This document shows, one piece after another, positions 50,038 to 60,729 of a DNA stretch of 64,000 nt. The notes below the pieces were generated by a model. The model was not told where the DNA came from, ran no database searches, and saw only the letters and a list, made by a program, of their open reading frames with translations. Made by a program: the position numbers and the translations under genes. The stretch's first letter is position 1. The number at the start of each line of letters is the position of its first letter. The DNA is from Deltaproteobacteria bacterium (lineage in GTDB: Bacteria > Myxococcota > B64-G9), in the NCBI GenBank assembly GCA_030622135.1, contig JAUXGL010000002.1, forward strand, positions 24 to 64,023. The letters are read 5' to 3'.

Positions 50038-51963
50038 TCACCGGCGACGCCGTCTGCGCATCCGCTTCTTCAGCTTCTTCTCGATCTTGAGACCTTCGTC
50101 GATCGTCTCGGGCCAGTCGGGAGGCTCGATCGAAAAGCGCAGCGGTTCCCAGCGGCGCCCGCGGGCCTTGAGCACCACCTTGTGAGACTTGGCGGCCGGC
50201 AGCTTTTCGATGGTCTTGGGAGTCTGACCCACCAGCTCGCCGTTTAGGTAGATCTTGGCCTTCGATGGCCGGGAGGTGATCACTACGCTGCCGATTCGCT
50301 CTTCGAGCTTCTGCTCGATCACCCTGGGCCGGTCCACTTCAAAGGTTAAATCTCCCTCCCAGGGAAGGTACCCGGGATACGCCAGCTTGATCCGGTGCAT
50401 GCCCGCGCGCAGCCCCATGATCCGGGGAGGCTGGCCCTCCGGCTTGACCAAATCCCCGTCCACGAAAACCAGCGCCCCGTCGGGCTCGGTTTTGAACTGC
50501 ACCGCGCCGGTAAAGGCCTCCACCTGGGTGGGCGGAGGCTGCTCCACAATCTCCTTACCGGTCTCGTCTTTGGCACCCAGGCTGATGATGATGAACACCA
50601 CCACCAGCACCACCAGCGCCGCTCCGCCGAGAAGGAACAGCAGGGTCTTTATCTGGCGTCTTTTTCCCAGGCCGCCTTCCAGAACCGCCATCACCGTGCT
50701 GCCGGCGGAAAACTTACGCCTGGGCGGAGGCTTGGACTCGGCCTCCACCGGTTGCTCCGGCGCGGATTGCTGTGTCGGTACCCGTGGTGCGGGGAAAACC
50801 GGCTCCAAAGGGGCGAGTTCCGGTGCTGGCGCTTGCGCGGGTTCCGGCGCCGGGAGCGCCTGGTCGTCCCCGGGCGCCGGATGTATCTTGACCAGCTCTT
50901 TCATGTTGTCGCCCTGGGTCATCCACTGGCTGGTGGCCTCGCCGAACGCGAATCCCGCCTTCTTGGGTTTCTGCGGTTTCCGCGTCTGCGATGGTTTGTA
51001 TTGTCCCGGCGGTTCACCGGGCGCCTCGTCCGGCTGCCCGGCCTGGCCGGAAAACGTCTCCACCAGGTAGGCCGCGAGACTGGCCGCGTCCACTTTCCGG
51101 TCCCAGCGGTCCAGAAACTGGCCGAGTTCGCCCAGCATGTCCACGGCGGTGGCGGGCCGGCCGCTCGGATCCTCCTCCATGGCTCGGGCAACCAGTTGAT
51201 CCAGCTCCGCGGGGATATCCTTGTGCACCGAGGCAGGGGGCCGGGATCGGGCGGCTTCCAGGACGAAGCGGATGTCGGATTCTTCGCCTTTGGACCGGAG
51301 CTTAATGCCGGTCAGTAGCTCGTAGAGCATCACGCCGCAGGAGTAAATATCCGCCCGGACATCGACTTCCTTGCGGCGGATTTGTTCCGGCGACATGTAG
51401 GTAAACTTTCCCAAGAACGCGCCCGGCAAGGTGTTCTGCAACCGGTCGGCGAGCTTGGCCAGACCGAAATCGACCAGTTTCACTTCTCCCGATTCAGAAA
51501 TCACGACGTTGGGCGGACTCACGTCTCGGTGAACCAGGCCCAGGGGATTGCCGTAAGGATCCTTGAGCCCGTGCGCATAGGCGAGCCCGGCCAACACTTC
51601 ACTCACCACGTGCAAACCGATGGTTGGGGGAAACCGGAGGTTCTGTTCGGCCACGGACTGCATCAGAGAAGCCAGGTTGGTGCCCTGGATGTACTCCAGG
51701 GCAAAGAAAAGACTGTCTTGGTGTTTCCCCCACTCGTAGGTCTTGGCGATGTTTGGATGATTGAGTAAAGCAGCGATCCGGGCTTCGTCCACGAAGCCGG
51801 TCAAGAAATCCGCATCCTGCGAGGCCTTGGGGCACAAGCGCTTGACCACGATCGGCAATTCGCCGCCGTCGGCCTGGCGGGTTGTCGCCCGGTAGATGTC
51901 CACCACCGGAGTGGAGGCCAATCGTTCATGCAATACGTACTTACCGAAAGGAACCGGGGCCAT
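50038..51963 (-). CDS. Serine/threonine protein kinase with C-terminal TM and PEGA domain
   Basis: Kinase subdomains are present (VVKRL…, HRDVSPPNV, DFGLAK), followed by a Pro-rich linker, a TM helix and PEGA-like beta repeats. Confidence 0.85.
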   Translation of the reverse strand: MAPVPFGKYVLHERLASTPVVDIYRATTRQADGGELPIVVKRLCPKASQDADFLTGFVDEARIAALLNHPNIAKTYEWGKHQDSLFFALEYIQGTNLASLMQSVAEQNLRFPPTIGLHVVSEVLAGLAYAHGLKDPYGNPLGLVHRDVSPPNVVISESGEVKLVDFGLAKLADRLQNTLPGAFLGKFTYMSPEQIRRKEVDVRADIYSCGVMLYELLTGIKLRSKGEESDIRFVLEAARSRPPASVHKDIPAELDQLVARAMEEDPSGRPATAVDMLGELGQFLDRWDRKVDAASLAAYLVETFSGQAGQPDEAPGEPPGQYKPSQTRKPQKPKKAGFAFGEATSQWMTQGDNMKELVKIHPAPGDDQALPAPEPAQAPAPELAPLEPVFPAPRVPTQQSAPEQPVEAESKPPPRRKFSAGSTVMAVLEGGLGKRRQIKTLLFLLGGAALVVLVVVFIIISLGAKDETGKEIVEQPPPTQVEAFTGAVQFKTEPDGALVFVDGDLVKPEGQPPRIMGLRAGMHRIKLAYPGYLPWEGDLTFEVDRPRVIEQKLEERIGSVVITSRPSKAKIYLNGELVGQTPKTIEKLPAAKSHKVVLKARGRRWEPLRFSIEPPDWPETIDEGLKIEKKLKKRMRRRRRR

Positions 51964-51997
51964 CTATGCTCTCCTTGCCTCACTCGCCTTCGCCGGG

Positions 51998-52021
51998 ATG
52001 CCCCGTGGCTTGCCGCGGGGA
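51998..52021. repeat. Palindromic hairpin motif copy 1 (gatgccccgtggcttgccgcgggga)
   Basis: An 8-bp stem with one mismatch and a cttg loop; it is repeated at 52099..52122. Confidence 0.8.
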
Positions 52022-52098
52022 GGAATGGCGAGGCGACCCGACGTAGCCTTGGCGAAGTCGGGTTCTTGGCTGCGGCGAGTTTCGCATGTTTTCCTAAG

Positions 52099-52122
52099 AT
52101 GCCCCGTGGCTTGCCACGGGGA
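52099..52122. repeat. Palindromic hairpin motif copy 2 (gatgccccgtggcttgccacgggga)
   Basis: A perfect 8-bp stem ccccgtgg/ccacgggg with a cttg loop, lying immediately 3' of the REC-DnaJ gene stop. Confidence 0.8.
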
Positions 52123-52125
52123 GCT

Positions 52126-54348
52126 TCACTTCCCCCGCCGCAGGAAACCTCCGCCCTTCTTCTTCCCTTTGCGGCGCATGCTGATCAATCTCAGCTCCCG
52201 CAAGGCCTCGGTACAGTCGGGGTTGACTTGAATGGCCTTTTCGAACTCGGACTCGGCCATCTCCTTGTAGTTCATGGCTTTATAGATGTAGCCGAGAAAC
52301 AAATAGGCCTTGTCCACCCTGGGGTTGAGTGAAATCGCCTGGTTGAGCTGATCCCGGGCGGTCCGGACCGCCTCCTCGCTCTTGGGATCGCTCTGAAAGA
52401 CGGCCCATCCCAGAAATGCGTGGAACTCCCCTTCTTCGGGGCAGAGCTTGCAGGCCTCCTCAAGCAGGTCCTTGGCCTTGCCGTAGTCCCGTTTCCGCAG
52501 TGCGATCTCGCCCTTCTGGAAGCACCCCTCGGCCGACAGGATGTTGGAAACCTCGCTGGAGACATCCCGCTTGGTCCCGGAGGACAATTCCTCCACGTAC
52601 TGTTCCCGGCACGCATCGTCCGAGAGAATATCGTGGGCGGTTGAGATGATGTTGAATATCTCGTCGGCCAGGGTCCGGATCTCCGCCGATGCGCTGGCGT
52701 ACAGGCGATCGGGGTGATACTGCTTGGCCAGGGAGAAGTAGGCCTTCTTGATCTCGGCATGGGACGCGTTCTTGGAAACGCCCAGAACCTCGAAGTAGTC
52801 TTGTTTCTTTACCTCCACGGCCTGCTGGGCCAACTGCTCACGAAGAGAGTGCTCCTCGGGAGACAGGTCCTCGTCGCTCTGATCCCCCTCGATGAGCTGG
52901 GGCGACGGGACCCCGCCGTGCTCGGTGAGACGTCCCCTCACGCGCTCGCGCACCGGGGGGGGCTTGGAAGAAAGGGAGGGAATGGGCGGGGGCGCCGCTT
53001 CCACCCAGTCTTCCTGCTCGACCGCCGCATTCAGGCGATCGGTCACAGCCTCCCCATCCAGCGCTTCCGTCTCCCCGGAAGCCTCCTCTTCTATGGTGAC
53101 CATACCGGCGCACTTGATGGCGTAAACGATCTGGTAGGCCCGCTCCTGGTTGAGCCCCAGGTCGAGGATCTCCCGCAGGGTGAGGTCTCCCCGGAGCCGG
53201 GATACGAAATTATCCTCGTCTTCATCGAGATCCATATCCTGGAAGCGGAACAGCGGATCCGGATGGGGAACCACATATAGATCCAGGAAGTCGTCCATCA
53301 GCTTCTTCAGGCGCTCGAGCTTGTACTGCTTCTTCACTCCTTCGTAGATGATGGCGGCGGTTGTGTCGTCGAGAGAAACCGTCGTCGGCGGCACCACGCT
53401 TTTCGGGTTGAACTGGTAACCCCCCTCCTCCCAGCCAAACAAATCGAAGATTTTGACCCCGAGCTGCAACTCCAGAGCATACTGCAGGTTATGTGGAGAG
53501 ATACAACCCATCTCGATGAGCACGGTGCCTTGCTGGCGCCCGGATTCCTTCATCTTGCGCAACGATTCCTCGCACTCGTCGTCGGTGATCATTTTCTCCC
53601 GCACCATCACTTTACCCAGGCACTCGTTGAGCAAATTGGACTTGATGAATGCGGGATAGCCGCCCTTGAAGTAGACGATTTTCTTCAGGCGGTCGCGTTT
53701 CAACAACAGCGCACCGTTTTCCCGGTTGCGGTAGATCTCGGCCAGAAGCTCGGGGAAGGAGGTTTCTTCCAGCCGTCCGCGACGGGCCACGCTCTTGAAA
53801 TCCTTGGCGTGCTCCTCGACCTCCTCCTGCTCTTCCTTGCTTTCCGGGCTAGCGTACGGTTCGGGGGCCTTGCGATCGATCGCCTCGCGCTCGGCCTGAG
53901 CGGCCACCGCCGAAGGATACTCGGAGCCGAACGTCTCGCGGAGAACGTCTAGAACCTTCTCCATCTGCAGGGGCTTGTCCAGGTACTCCACCACGCCGTA
54001 CTTGCGCATGGCATCCAGACGATGGTTCACCCCGCGGTAAATCCCCGAAATCATCAGGATGGGAATCTCTCTTCCCTTGACGGTTTTCCGAATCTTTTCC
54101 GCCACCTGAAAGCCGTTCATCACCGGAATCAGGATATCGAGGACGATGAAGTCAACATCCTTGGTCTCAAAGGTCTTCAGGGCCCACTCGCCATCCCGCT
54201 CGGTTATGACGTTGAACCCATCATCCTCCAGGACTTCCGTCAACAGCCTTTGTATGCTCTTGTCATCCTCGATAACCAGGATGGTCTTGCTCACCGTGTC
54301 CTCCCGGGCACAAAGGGAAACCTGCCCTGCGAAACGCAGCGCAACCAA
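52126..54348 (-). CDS. Response regulator receiver - central domain - DnaJ (J) domain - TPR protein
   Basis: The REC motif is [11 protein letters not shown]…[10 protein letters not shown]. The J-domain is [32 protein letters not shown], and TPR-like repeats lie at the C-terminus. Confidence 0.75.
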   Translation of the reverse strand: MVALRFAGQVSLCAREDTVSKTILVIEDDKSIQRLLTEVLEDDGFNVITERDGEWALKTFETKDVDFIVLDILIPVMNGFQVAEKIRKTVKGREIPILMISGIYRGVNHRLDAMRKYGVVEYLDKPLQMEKVLDVLRETFGSEYPSAVAAQAEREAIDRKAPEPYASPESKEEQEEVEEHAKDFKSVARRGRLEETSFPELLAEIYRNRENGALLLKRDRLKKIVYFKGGYPAFIKSNLLNECLGKVMVREKMITDDECEESLRKMKESGRQQGTVLIEMGCISPHNLQYALELQLGVKIFDLFGWEEGGYQFNPKSVVPPTTVSLDDTTAAIIYEGVKKQYKLERLKKLMDDFLDLYVVPHPDPLFRFQDMDLDEDEDNFVSRLRGDLTLREILDLGLNQERAYQIVYAIKCAGMVTIEEEASGETEALDGEAVTDRLNAAVEQEDWVEAAPPPIPSLSSKPPPVRERVRGRLTEHGGVPSPQLIEGDQSDEDLSPEEHSLREQLAQQAVEVKKQDYFEVLGVSKNASHAEIKKAYFSLAKQYHPDRLYASASAEIRTLADEIFNIISTAHDILSDDACREQYVEELSSGTKRDVSSEVSNILSAEGCFQKGEIALRKRDYGKAKDLLEEACKLCPEEGEFHAFLGWAVFQSDPKSEEAVRTARDQLNQAISLNPRVDKAYLFLGYIYKAMNYKEMAESEFEKAIQVNPDCTEALRELRLISMRRKGKKKGGGFLRRGK

Positions 54349-54410
54349 TTATAGGAGAAGATCTAGCAACTTGGCAAGAAAGAAGAAAGAACTTGACAGC
54401 CAGAGTGGCG

Positions 54411-55784
54411 TCAGCTCTCGCGCCGGATGCCCAGTTGCTTGATTTTCTTGTGCAGGTTGGTGCGCTCAATGCCCAGGGCCTGGGCTGTGCGGGTGATGTT
54501 CCAGCCGTATTCGGCCAGCTTCGAGCGAATATACTCCCGCTCGACCTCGTCGCGCACGTCCTTGAGGCACATGCTGTCGAAGCGGCGCGGGTCCACCGCT
54601 CCCGCGTCTCCGCAAACGGACTCGGGAACATCTCCCTCGGAAATTGTATCCCCGCTCATGATGACCATGCGCTCGGTAACATTTTTCAACTCGCGCACGT
54701 TCCCGGGCCAGTTGTAACGCCTCAGGATTTGAAGAATCTCGGGTTGCACTTCCTTCGTCTTGAAGTTGTTCTCCTGGCAAAACTCGGCCACGAACGTGGC
54801 CACCAGGGCGGGAATATCCTCCAGCCGATCCCGCAGGGGAACGCAGTGGATGGGAATGACGTTCAGGCGATAGTACAGGTCGTCCCGGAAGCCGCCTTCG
54901 GCCACGGCTGTCTTCAACTCCTTGTTGGTGGCGGCGATCACCCGCACGTCCACCTTGAAGGTGCGCTCGCCGCCCACATGGCTGAGCTCACCGGTCTGTA
55001 GGACCCGCAGCACCTTGGCCTGAGCGGTCAAACTCATGTCGCCTACCTCGTCAAGGAACAACGTGCCGTTGTTGGCCAGCTCGAACTGGCCTTTCTTCTT
55101 CCCGATCGCCCCGGTGAAGGCACCCTTTTCATATCCGAACAACTCGCTTTCGATGAGTTCCGAGGGAATGGCCGCACAGTTGACCTTGATAAATGGTTCT
55201 TCCGCCCGCTTGGACAACCGGTGGACGGCCCGGGCCACCAGTTCCTTGCCGGTCCCGCTCTCGCCGGTAATGAGCACCCGTCCGGAGGTCGGCGCCACCT
55301 TGCGGATCTCGTCGAGAAGCTGCTGCATGGCCGGGCTGCCCCCCACCATTTCGTACTGCTCGTCAATGCGGTTCCTCAAGTCCTTCACTTGACGAAAGAG
55401 GCTGAGCTTTTCGATGCAGTTCGAAACGGCCAGATCCACGCGATCCGCGTCCAGGGGTTTCTCCAAGAAATCGTACGCTCCCAACCGGGTCGCACCGACG
55501 GCGTCCTGGATGGTGCCGTGACCCGAGATCATGATGACTTCGGTCATGGGCCAGTCCTTCCGGATCCGGGAAAGCAACTCGATACCGTCCATGCCCGGCA
55601 ACTTGATGTCCAGCAGCACTACGTCGACAGGCTCCGCCTGCATGAGCCGAACGGCTTCCTCCGCCGAGGCGCAGTCACTCACCGTGTAGTCCTTGCCGGA
55701 TAGAACCATCCTCAAGGCGCGGCGTATGTTCTTCTCGTCATCGACAATCAACACCTTGGGATGATAGAAAGAATCCACCGTCAT
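54411..55784 (-). CDS. Sigma-54-dependent transcriptional regulator (NtrC family: REC-AAA+-HTH)
   Basis: It has REC, AAA+ Walker A GESGTGKE, the GAFTGA motif and a C-terminal Fis-type HTH. The start was chosen at MTVDSFYHPKVLIVDD. Confidence 0.9.
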   Translation of the reverse strand: MTVDSFYHPKVLIVDDEKNIRRALRMVLSGKDYTVSDCASAEEAVRLMQAEPVDVVLLDIKLPGMDGIELLSRIRKDWPMTEVIMISGHGTIQDAVGATRLGAYDFLEKPLDADRVDLAVSNCIEKLSLFRQVKDLRNRIDEQYEMVGGSPAMQQLLDEIRKVAPTSGRVLITGESGTGKELVARAVHRLSKRAEEPFIKVNCAAIPSELIESELFGYEKGAFTGAIGKKKGQFELANNGTLFLDEVGDMSLTAQAKVLRVLQTGELSHVGGERTFKVDVRVIAATNKELKTAVAEGGFRDDLYYRLNVIPIHCVPLRDRLEDIPALVATFVAEFCQENNFKTKEVQPEILQILRRYNWPGNVRELKNVTERMVIMSGDTISEGDVPESVCGDAGAVDPRRFDSMCLKDVRDEVEREYIRSKLAEYGWNITRTAQALGIERTNLHKKIKQLGIRRES

Positions 55785-55797
55785 CGTCTCCCTCCAA

Positions 55798-57279
55798 TCA
55801 ATATGGATACGAGGATGCGTCGTCCGTACGCAAGCGAACCGTGAAAATTGTACCCGAAGCTTCCCCGTCCTCCATGGAAATCTCGCCTCCGTGCTGCAAG
55901 ACAATCTTCTTTACAATTGCAAGGCCCAGCCCGGTCCCGTCCCGCTTGGTGGTGAAGTAGGGCTGGAAGATTCGATCCCGATTCTCCCGGGACAAGCCCG
56001 CTCCGTGGTCGATCACCCGGAGCGTTCCCCACCCGTCGCCGCGCTCCACCTCCAGGCGTACAACACCGTCCGGCTCGCCGGCCTCGAGACCATTGGTAAC
56101 CAGGTTGGTCAGCACGCGCCGCATCATGTCCTTGTCCAGCCGCACTCCCACCAGGTGCGGTCCGGGCTTGAACTCCACCCGGCTCGATATGTGCGGGCTG
56201 TGTTTTACGAACTCGGCGACAAAGGCATTCAACTCGACCGGGACCGCCTGGACCTCGGGCATCTTGGCAAACTCGGAGAAGGTCTCCACCATCCTCCGCA
56301 AGGTACCCACCTCCTCCACTACGATCTCCACCGAGTCGTTGAGCTTGCTCAAGAACTGCGGATCTTCTCCCCGGTACGAACGATGAAGCTCCTGAACCGC
56401 CAGTTGGATGGGCGTTAAGGGGTTCTTGATCTCGTGGGCCAGCCTGCGGGCAATTTCCTGCCACGAGGAGATCTTTTCCAGATACACGATACGATCGCGC
56501 CCTCTCTGAATCTCATCCATCATTCGGTTGAACGACTCCGACAGGGAGCCGATCTCGTCTCGGCTCCTCACCGGCACCCGGGCGTTCAGGTCTCCCTTGG
56601 CGGCTTGCCGGGTGGCCCGGAACAGATCGGCCACCCGGCGGGTCACGCTCCGGGACAGTAACAGCCCCATGACCACCGCGGCCACCAGGATCCAGACGTA
56701 GATGAAGAGGAACAAGCGGTAGTATCCGATCGTCCAGGGCTGGAAGTTCTCCCGGACGTTATCCAGGGTCAGCACCAACTCGCGCAGCTGATCCGACGCG
56801 GCCAGGAAGCTCTTGCCGATGACGAAGGTGACCTCCAGGCGGTGCCCGTCGGGCAGATCCCATTCTTCCGTCTTGGATTTGTACCGGTTGCCGGGAAATT
56901 CGCGAGGACTCTTTTCTTCGAGGACGACACCGTCCCCGGCCAACACGCGAACTCGGCCTACCGACGAATTGCCGGTGACCAGGCTCTCGATCCGTTGCCG
57001 GGCTTTTTCCAACTCCCCCTTCTCGACCGCCTCCTGGAAGGTTGCATCCTGCGCCAGCGCTTGCCCTTGCAGCCGCACTATCTTGATCCGCGACTCGATG
57101 GCTTCCTTGTATAGATCCACCCCGGCCTCGAGGCCGGACAGGACCCTCTCGTTGACGCCCACGGCCATGCTTTCTTCCACCAGGCGTTCGACCAGAAACA
57201 CGGTGATTACCAGAGGTGCCGCCGCGGTCATCAGCAGGGCCAGAATGATCTTCCACTCGAATTTGCGGATGCGGAGCAT
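55798..57279 (-). CDS. Sensor histidine kinase (TM - HAMP - HisKA - HATPase_c), partner of the NtrC-like regulator
   Basis: The H-box is HEIKNPLTPI, with N/G boxes. It lies immediately upstream of the NtrC-like gene. Confidence 0.9.
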   Translation of the reverse strand: MLRIRKFEWKIILALLMTAAAPLVITVFLVERLVEESMAVGVNERVLSGLEAGVDLYKEAIESRIKIVRLQGQALAQDATFQEAVEKGELEKARQRIESLVTGNSSVGRVRVLAGDGVVLEEKSPREFPGNRYKSKTEEWDLPDGHRLEVTFVIGKSFLAASDQLRELVLTLDNVRENFQPWTIGYYRLFLFIYVWILVAAVVMGLLLSRSVTRRVADLFRATRQAAKGDLNARVPVRSRDEIGSLSESFNRMMDEIQRGRDRIVYLEKISSWQEIARRLAHEIKNPLTPIQLAVQELHRSYRGEDPQFLSKLNDSVEIVVEEVGTLRRMVETFSEFAKMPEVQAVPVELNAFVAEFVKHSPHISSRVEFKPGPHLVGVRLDKDMMRRVLTNLVTNGLEAGEPDGVVRLEVERGDGWGTLRVIDHGAGLSRENRDRIFQPYFTTKRDGTGLGLAIVKKIVLQHGGEISMEDGEASGTIFTVRLRTDDASSYPY

Positions 57280-57282
57280 GAC

Positions 57283-57948
57283 CTATTCCGGTCCCGATTT
57301 GGCCGGCAGAATCTTTTTCGGCGAACGGTAAGTATAAACCGCATCGGCCTGGAACGCCTTCTCGTCGACGAATATCTTCGAAAACGAACCGAAGAACGAA
57401 CGCGGAGAGCCGATGTGCGAGCTGCCGTTCGGATTGGAGAGGTATTCCCGCACCTTTTTCCTCAGCTCCGCCGACAAGGGGTTCACCACGATGCGAACCC
57501 GCAGCTGGTATTTCGTTCCCGGCGGCAGCTCCACCATGCACTGCAAGGGCAGCCGCTCGAGCTTGGCGCATGTCCCGATCAACTCGGCCAGCGAAGACAC
57601 CTGCAGGTCGCGGCGGCCCTCCGGGGTTTCATGACGAATGTTGAACTCTTCCTCCCAGATGTCGTAGAGGATGGTATACTGCACAATGGCTTGAGCCACC
57701 GGGGTTTTCTTTTTTTGCTCTTTTAGCAATGCCTCGATCAGGATCCGGCTGGTGAATCCGTTGTACAGGCGCTTGCGCAAACGCTGGGTAAACGCCTCCG
57801 GAAAGTCCATGGACAATTCCAGTCGCCCCTCTCGCCAGGCCAGGCCCATGTCCCGCTTGTACGATTTTTCCACCTTCACTTGCGCGAACGCCGGCGCCGT
57901 CAGGCAAAGAACCGCCAGGCCAGAGAACAACATCGTATTGAAGCGCAT
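57283..57948 (-). CDS. Periplasmic DUF4390-like protein
   Basis: It has a signal peptide (MRFNTMLFSGLAVLCLTAPAFA) and the position and size typical of DUF4390 genes preceding HK/NtrC pairs. The family assignment is from memory of that architecture. Confidence 0.45.
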   Translation of the reverse strand: MRFNTMLFSGLAVLCLTAPAFAQVKVEKSYKRDMGLAWREGRLELSMDFPEAFTQRLRKRLYNGFTSRILIEALLKEQKKKTPVAQAIVQYTILYDIWEEEFNIRHETPEGRRDLQVSSLAELIGTCAKLERLPLQCMVELPPGTKYQLRVRIVVNPLSAELRKKVREYLSNPNGSSHIGSPRSFFGSFSKIFVDEKAFQADAVYTYRSPKKILPAKSGPE

Positions 57949-57956
57949 GCCACTCA

Positions 57957-59393
57957 TCAGAAAACGAGGTCGAACACGTAACCGAGCGAGAAGACAAACA
58001 GCCCGATGGGCGTATCCAATTTCATGCCGATATCTATGGATACCGGTTTCTTGGTTTTCCCGCTCCACTCTTCATCGTCGCTTTCGAGGAACTCGGCCTT
58101 GGTCACATAGGAGAAATTAGCCGCGGCGTATACGTACCCCCGGTAGAAGAACTTCCCTCGCGACCAGAGCGGAATGTCATACTCCGCGGTGACCGAAGCC
58201 ATCAGGTCTCCGTAGTCCACCACTTCGGAGAAGTTCAGCTCCAGATTGCGGGGCAGCGAGTCCTTTTCCATCTGAAAGAACGCGTAGTCACCGACAAAAA
58301 ACCGGCTGAAAAACGGGCTGCCCGGCGTGCCCACATCCTGGATCAGGCCACCCACCACGGAAACCCGGAAGGCGTGATTCGAGAAGGCCGGGAATGAATG
58401 TTCGTACTTGACCATGTACTTGGAAAACTCGTAGTCGCTTCCGAAAAAGATCTTGCTGGCCAGCTCGATGCTGATGACCAGATGCATCCCCCGGGTGGCC
58501 AGGAAGAAATCATCTCGGGTGTCGCGTTCGAAGCGAAAGGTCAGGGACCAGAAGGTGCTCTGGCCGGCCCGAAGATATCCAGCGAAGGGATGCGGATCCG
58601 TCGCGCACCAGTTGCCTCGCTTTGAAGTGTCTTCGATGTGTTCCCCGTGCAGCTCGAATTTGATCCGATGGATCCGATCCACCCGCATGCCCAGGCTGAG
58701 AACCCCCCCGGCGCGCAGGTACTCGAGATTCTGGTCCCGGTCACAATCCCGCACCCGGTTCGCCAGTGCTCTTTCTTCTCCCAGGGAAACCAGTGCCTCG
58801 ACTCCGGCCTGCAGGTTGGTATTGAAGACCGAGGGCCAGAACGCCCCCAGCCGGTAAGCTTGCTGATACTCGGAGGTCACCAAGGCCCCGGACAGGACCA
58901 GGCCCCGTCCGAGGAAGTTGATATCGGACACTCCGATTCCACTCCAAAACGGGTTGGTTTCAGAAAAACCGGCAAAGAGATCGTCAATGATAATGGTGTT
59001 GCGCTCGTCCACTTCCACCACCAGCTTCACCCGGCCGCGTTCGGAACCCTTCTCCAGGCTCATGCGCACGTCCCTGAAGTAACCCAGGGCCAGCAGGCGG
59101 ATGCGGCTGATCTCTACTTTCTCCTCGTCCAGAGACTCCCCCGGTTTGAGCTGCACATAGGACAGGATCAGTTCCCCGTGGGTCTTGCGGTTGCCCCGGA
59201 CCTCAATGGACTCGAGGATGTAGCGGGGCTTGAAGCGGTCCTCCAACTCGACGCGCGTCGGCTCCTCCCCGGCGGTGTCTTTTGTGACTGTTGCGGCATC
59301 CTGGGCCCAGCAAATCCCCGGCAAGAGCATCCATCCACAAAACAACGCCGCTAAACGCTTGGACGAATTTATTGGTTTCACCAGGCCCTCCAT
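57957..59393 (-). CDS. Omp85/BamA-family outer-membrane beta-barrel protein with single POTRA domain
   Basis: It has a signal peptide, a POTRA-like segment (ILESIEVRGNRKT…LLALGYFRDV) and a beta-barrel ending in the aromatic β-signal (…VFDLVF). Confidence 0.7.
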   Translation of the reverse strand: MEGLVKPINSSKRLAALFCGWMLLPGICWAQDAATVTKDTAGEEPTRVELEDRFKPRYILESIEVRGNRKTHGELILSYVQLKPGESLDEEKVEISRIRLLALGYFRDVRMSLEKGSERGRVKLVVEVDERNTIIIDDLFAGFSETNPFWSGIGVSDINFLGRGLVLSGALVTSEYQQAYRLGAFWPSVFNTNLQAGVEALVSLGEERALANRVRDCDRDQNLEYLRAGGVLSLGMRVDRIHRIKFELHGEHIEDTSKRGNWCATDPHPFAGYLRAGQSTFWSLTFRFERDTRDDFFLATRGMHLVISIELASKIFFGSDYEFSKYMVKYEHSFPAFSNHAFRVSVVGGLIQDVGTPGSPFFSRFFVGDYAFFQMEKDSLPRNLELNFSEVVDYGDLMASVTAEYDIPLWSRGKFFYRGYVYAAANFSYVTKAEFLESDDEEWSGKTKKPVSIDIGMKLDTPIGLFVFSLGYVFDLVF

Positions 59394-59610
59394 CTACCCC
59401 CCGCCAACCGGAGCCACGCGCATGCATATTGGAAATTTCTACACCAGGGGCGGTTCAACCGCAAGCATTGACCCCATTTTCCCATCGGTGCCCGCATTAT
59501 TCAAAAGAGGCTACTGACTGCCAATAGGAACTAGCGTTGCCCGGCGCCACTGAAGCGGTGAGCGAATTAACGCTTGGTCCTCTCGGAAGGTTCACGCTTT
59601 ACGCGGGAAA

Positions 59611-60660
59611 ATGGGGTTGACAAGAATTATCGCTGGGAAATCCTGGATTGACATGTATCCCCCTCAAGACTACAAACTTGTGGCCATGTCCGGGTCCATC
59701 CGCATCGACGTCGAGTACAACCAGGGCATTCACTTGCTCGACAGCATCCTGTGGCTGGATGCACCCCGGCAGACCGACTTGTGCTTCGTATCCCACGCCC
59801 ACATCGATCCGGCGGGGCACCACCGGAAAATCCTGGCCACCGGAGCCACCGCCGCCCTGATTCACCGCCGGATCGGTCGGGGAGAGTATCTCACCACACC
59901 GTTTCATCGCCGCTTCTCGCTCGGCAAGCTGGACCTGGAACTGCACCCGGCCGGCCACATGCTGGGCTCGGCCCAGATCCGCATCACCCGCGATGGCGGT
60001 ACCCTGGTCTATACCGGCGATTTCCAGCTGGGGCCCACCCGGACGGCCCGGACGGCCACCGTGCTGGAATGCGATGTGTTGGTCATGCGCTCAACCTACG
60101 GCCGGCCCCACCAGGTCTTCCCGGATCGCGAGGAGACGGAAGCGAAAATGGTGAGTTGGGCCAAGCGCACCATCCAGGACGGAGATCAACCGGTTGTCTT
60201 CGCTTCCGCGCGGGGAAAGGCGCAGGAGCTGGCCAGTATCTTCCTGGCCCATGACCTGCGCGTCCGCGTGCACAAATCCATCTACCAGGTCTGCCGGTCG
60301 TACCGCGCGCTGGGGATGCCTTTGGCCAACATCCGGTGCTTTAGGCTTTCACCCAAAAAAGCAGAAGTGATCATTTTCCCGCCTCACCTGCGCCAATCGA
60401 AAACCATTGCCAAGCTGAAACGCGCACGCACCTGCGTGGCCACGGGCCGGGCCCTGGATGAAACCAACGACTGGGCGGATGCAGCCTTCATCATCTCCGG
60501 GCATGCGGATCATCCGGCCTTGCTGCGCTACGCCCGCGAATCGGGTGCGAAGAGGATACGCCTCACCGGACCCACGGCGGCCCCCCTGGCCGCCGAGCTC
60601 ACCGCGGCGGGATTCGACGCCTCTCCGTTGCAACCTTCCGAACAGATGGGGCTTTTTTAG
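59611..60660 (+). CDS. MBL-fold metallo-hydrolase, beta-CASP-like (putative nuclease)
   Basis: The HxHxDH motif is CFVSHAHIDPAGHH, with downstream beta-CASP-like motifs (…IISGHADH…). Confidence 0.65.
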   Translation: MGLTRIIAGKSWIDMYPPQDYKLVAMSGSIRIDVEYNQGIHLLDSILWLDAPRQTDLCFVSHAHIDPAGHHRKILATGATAALIHRRIGRGEYLTTPFHRRFSLGKLDLELHPAGHMLGSAQIRITRDGGTLVYTGDFQLGPTRTARTATVLECDVLVMRSTYGRPHQVFPDREETEAKMVSWAKRTIQDGDQPVVFASARGKAQELASIFLAHDLRVRVHKSIYQVCRSYRALGMPLANIRCFRLSPKKAEVIIFPPHLRQSKTIAKLKRARTCVATGRALDETNDWADAAFIISGHADHPALLRYARESGAKRIRLTGPTAAPLAAELTAAGFDASPLQPSEQMGLF

Positions 60661-60729
60661 GCGGGGGGAGCCTGCGAACGTCCATGTTTGTACACACTCG
60701 AACCTGGTAGTATATAAAGAGTACGAATC

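Noticed and set aside
55784-59500. A sigma-54 promoter for the DUF4390-HK-NtrC operon or downstream targets
   Set aside because: I scanned by eye for TGGCAC-N5-TTGCW near 59394-59610 and other intergenic regions and found no convincing match. It needs a PWM scan.
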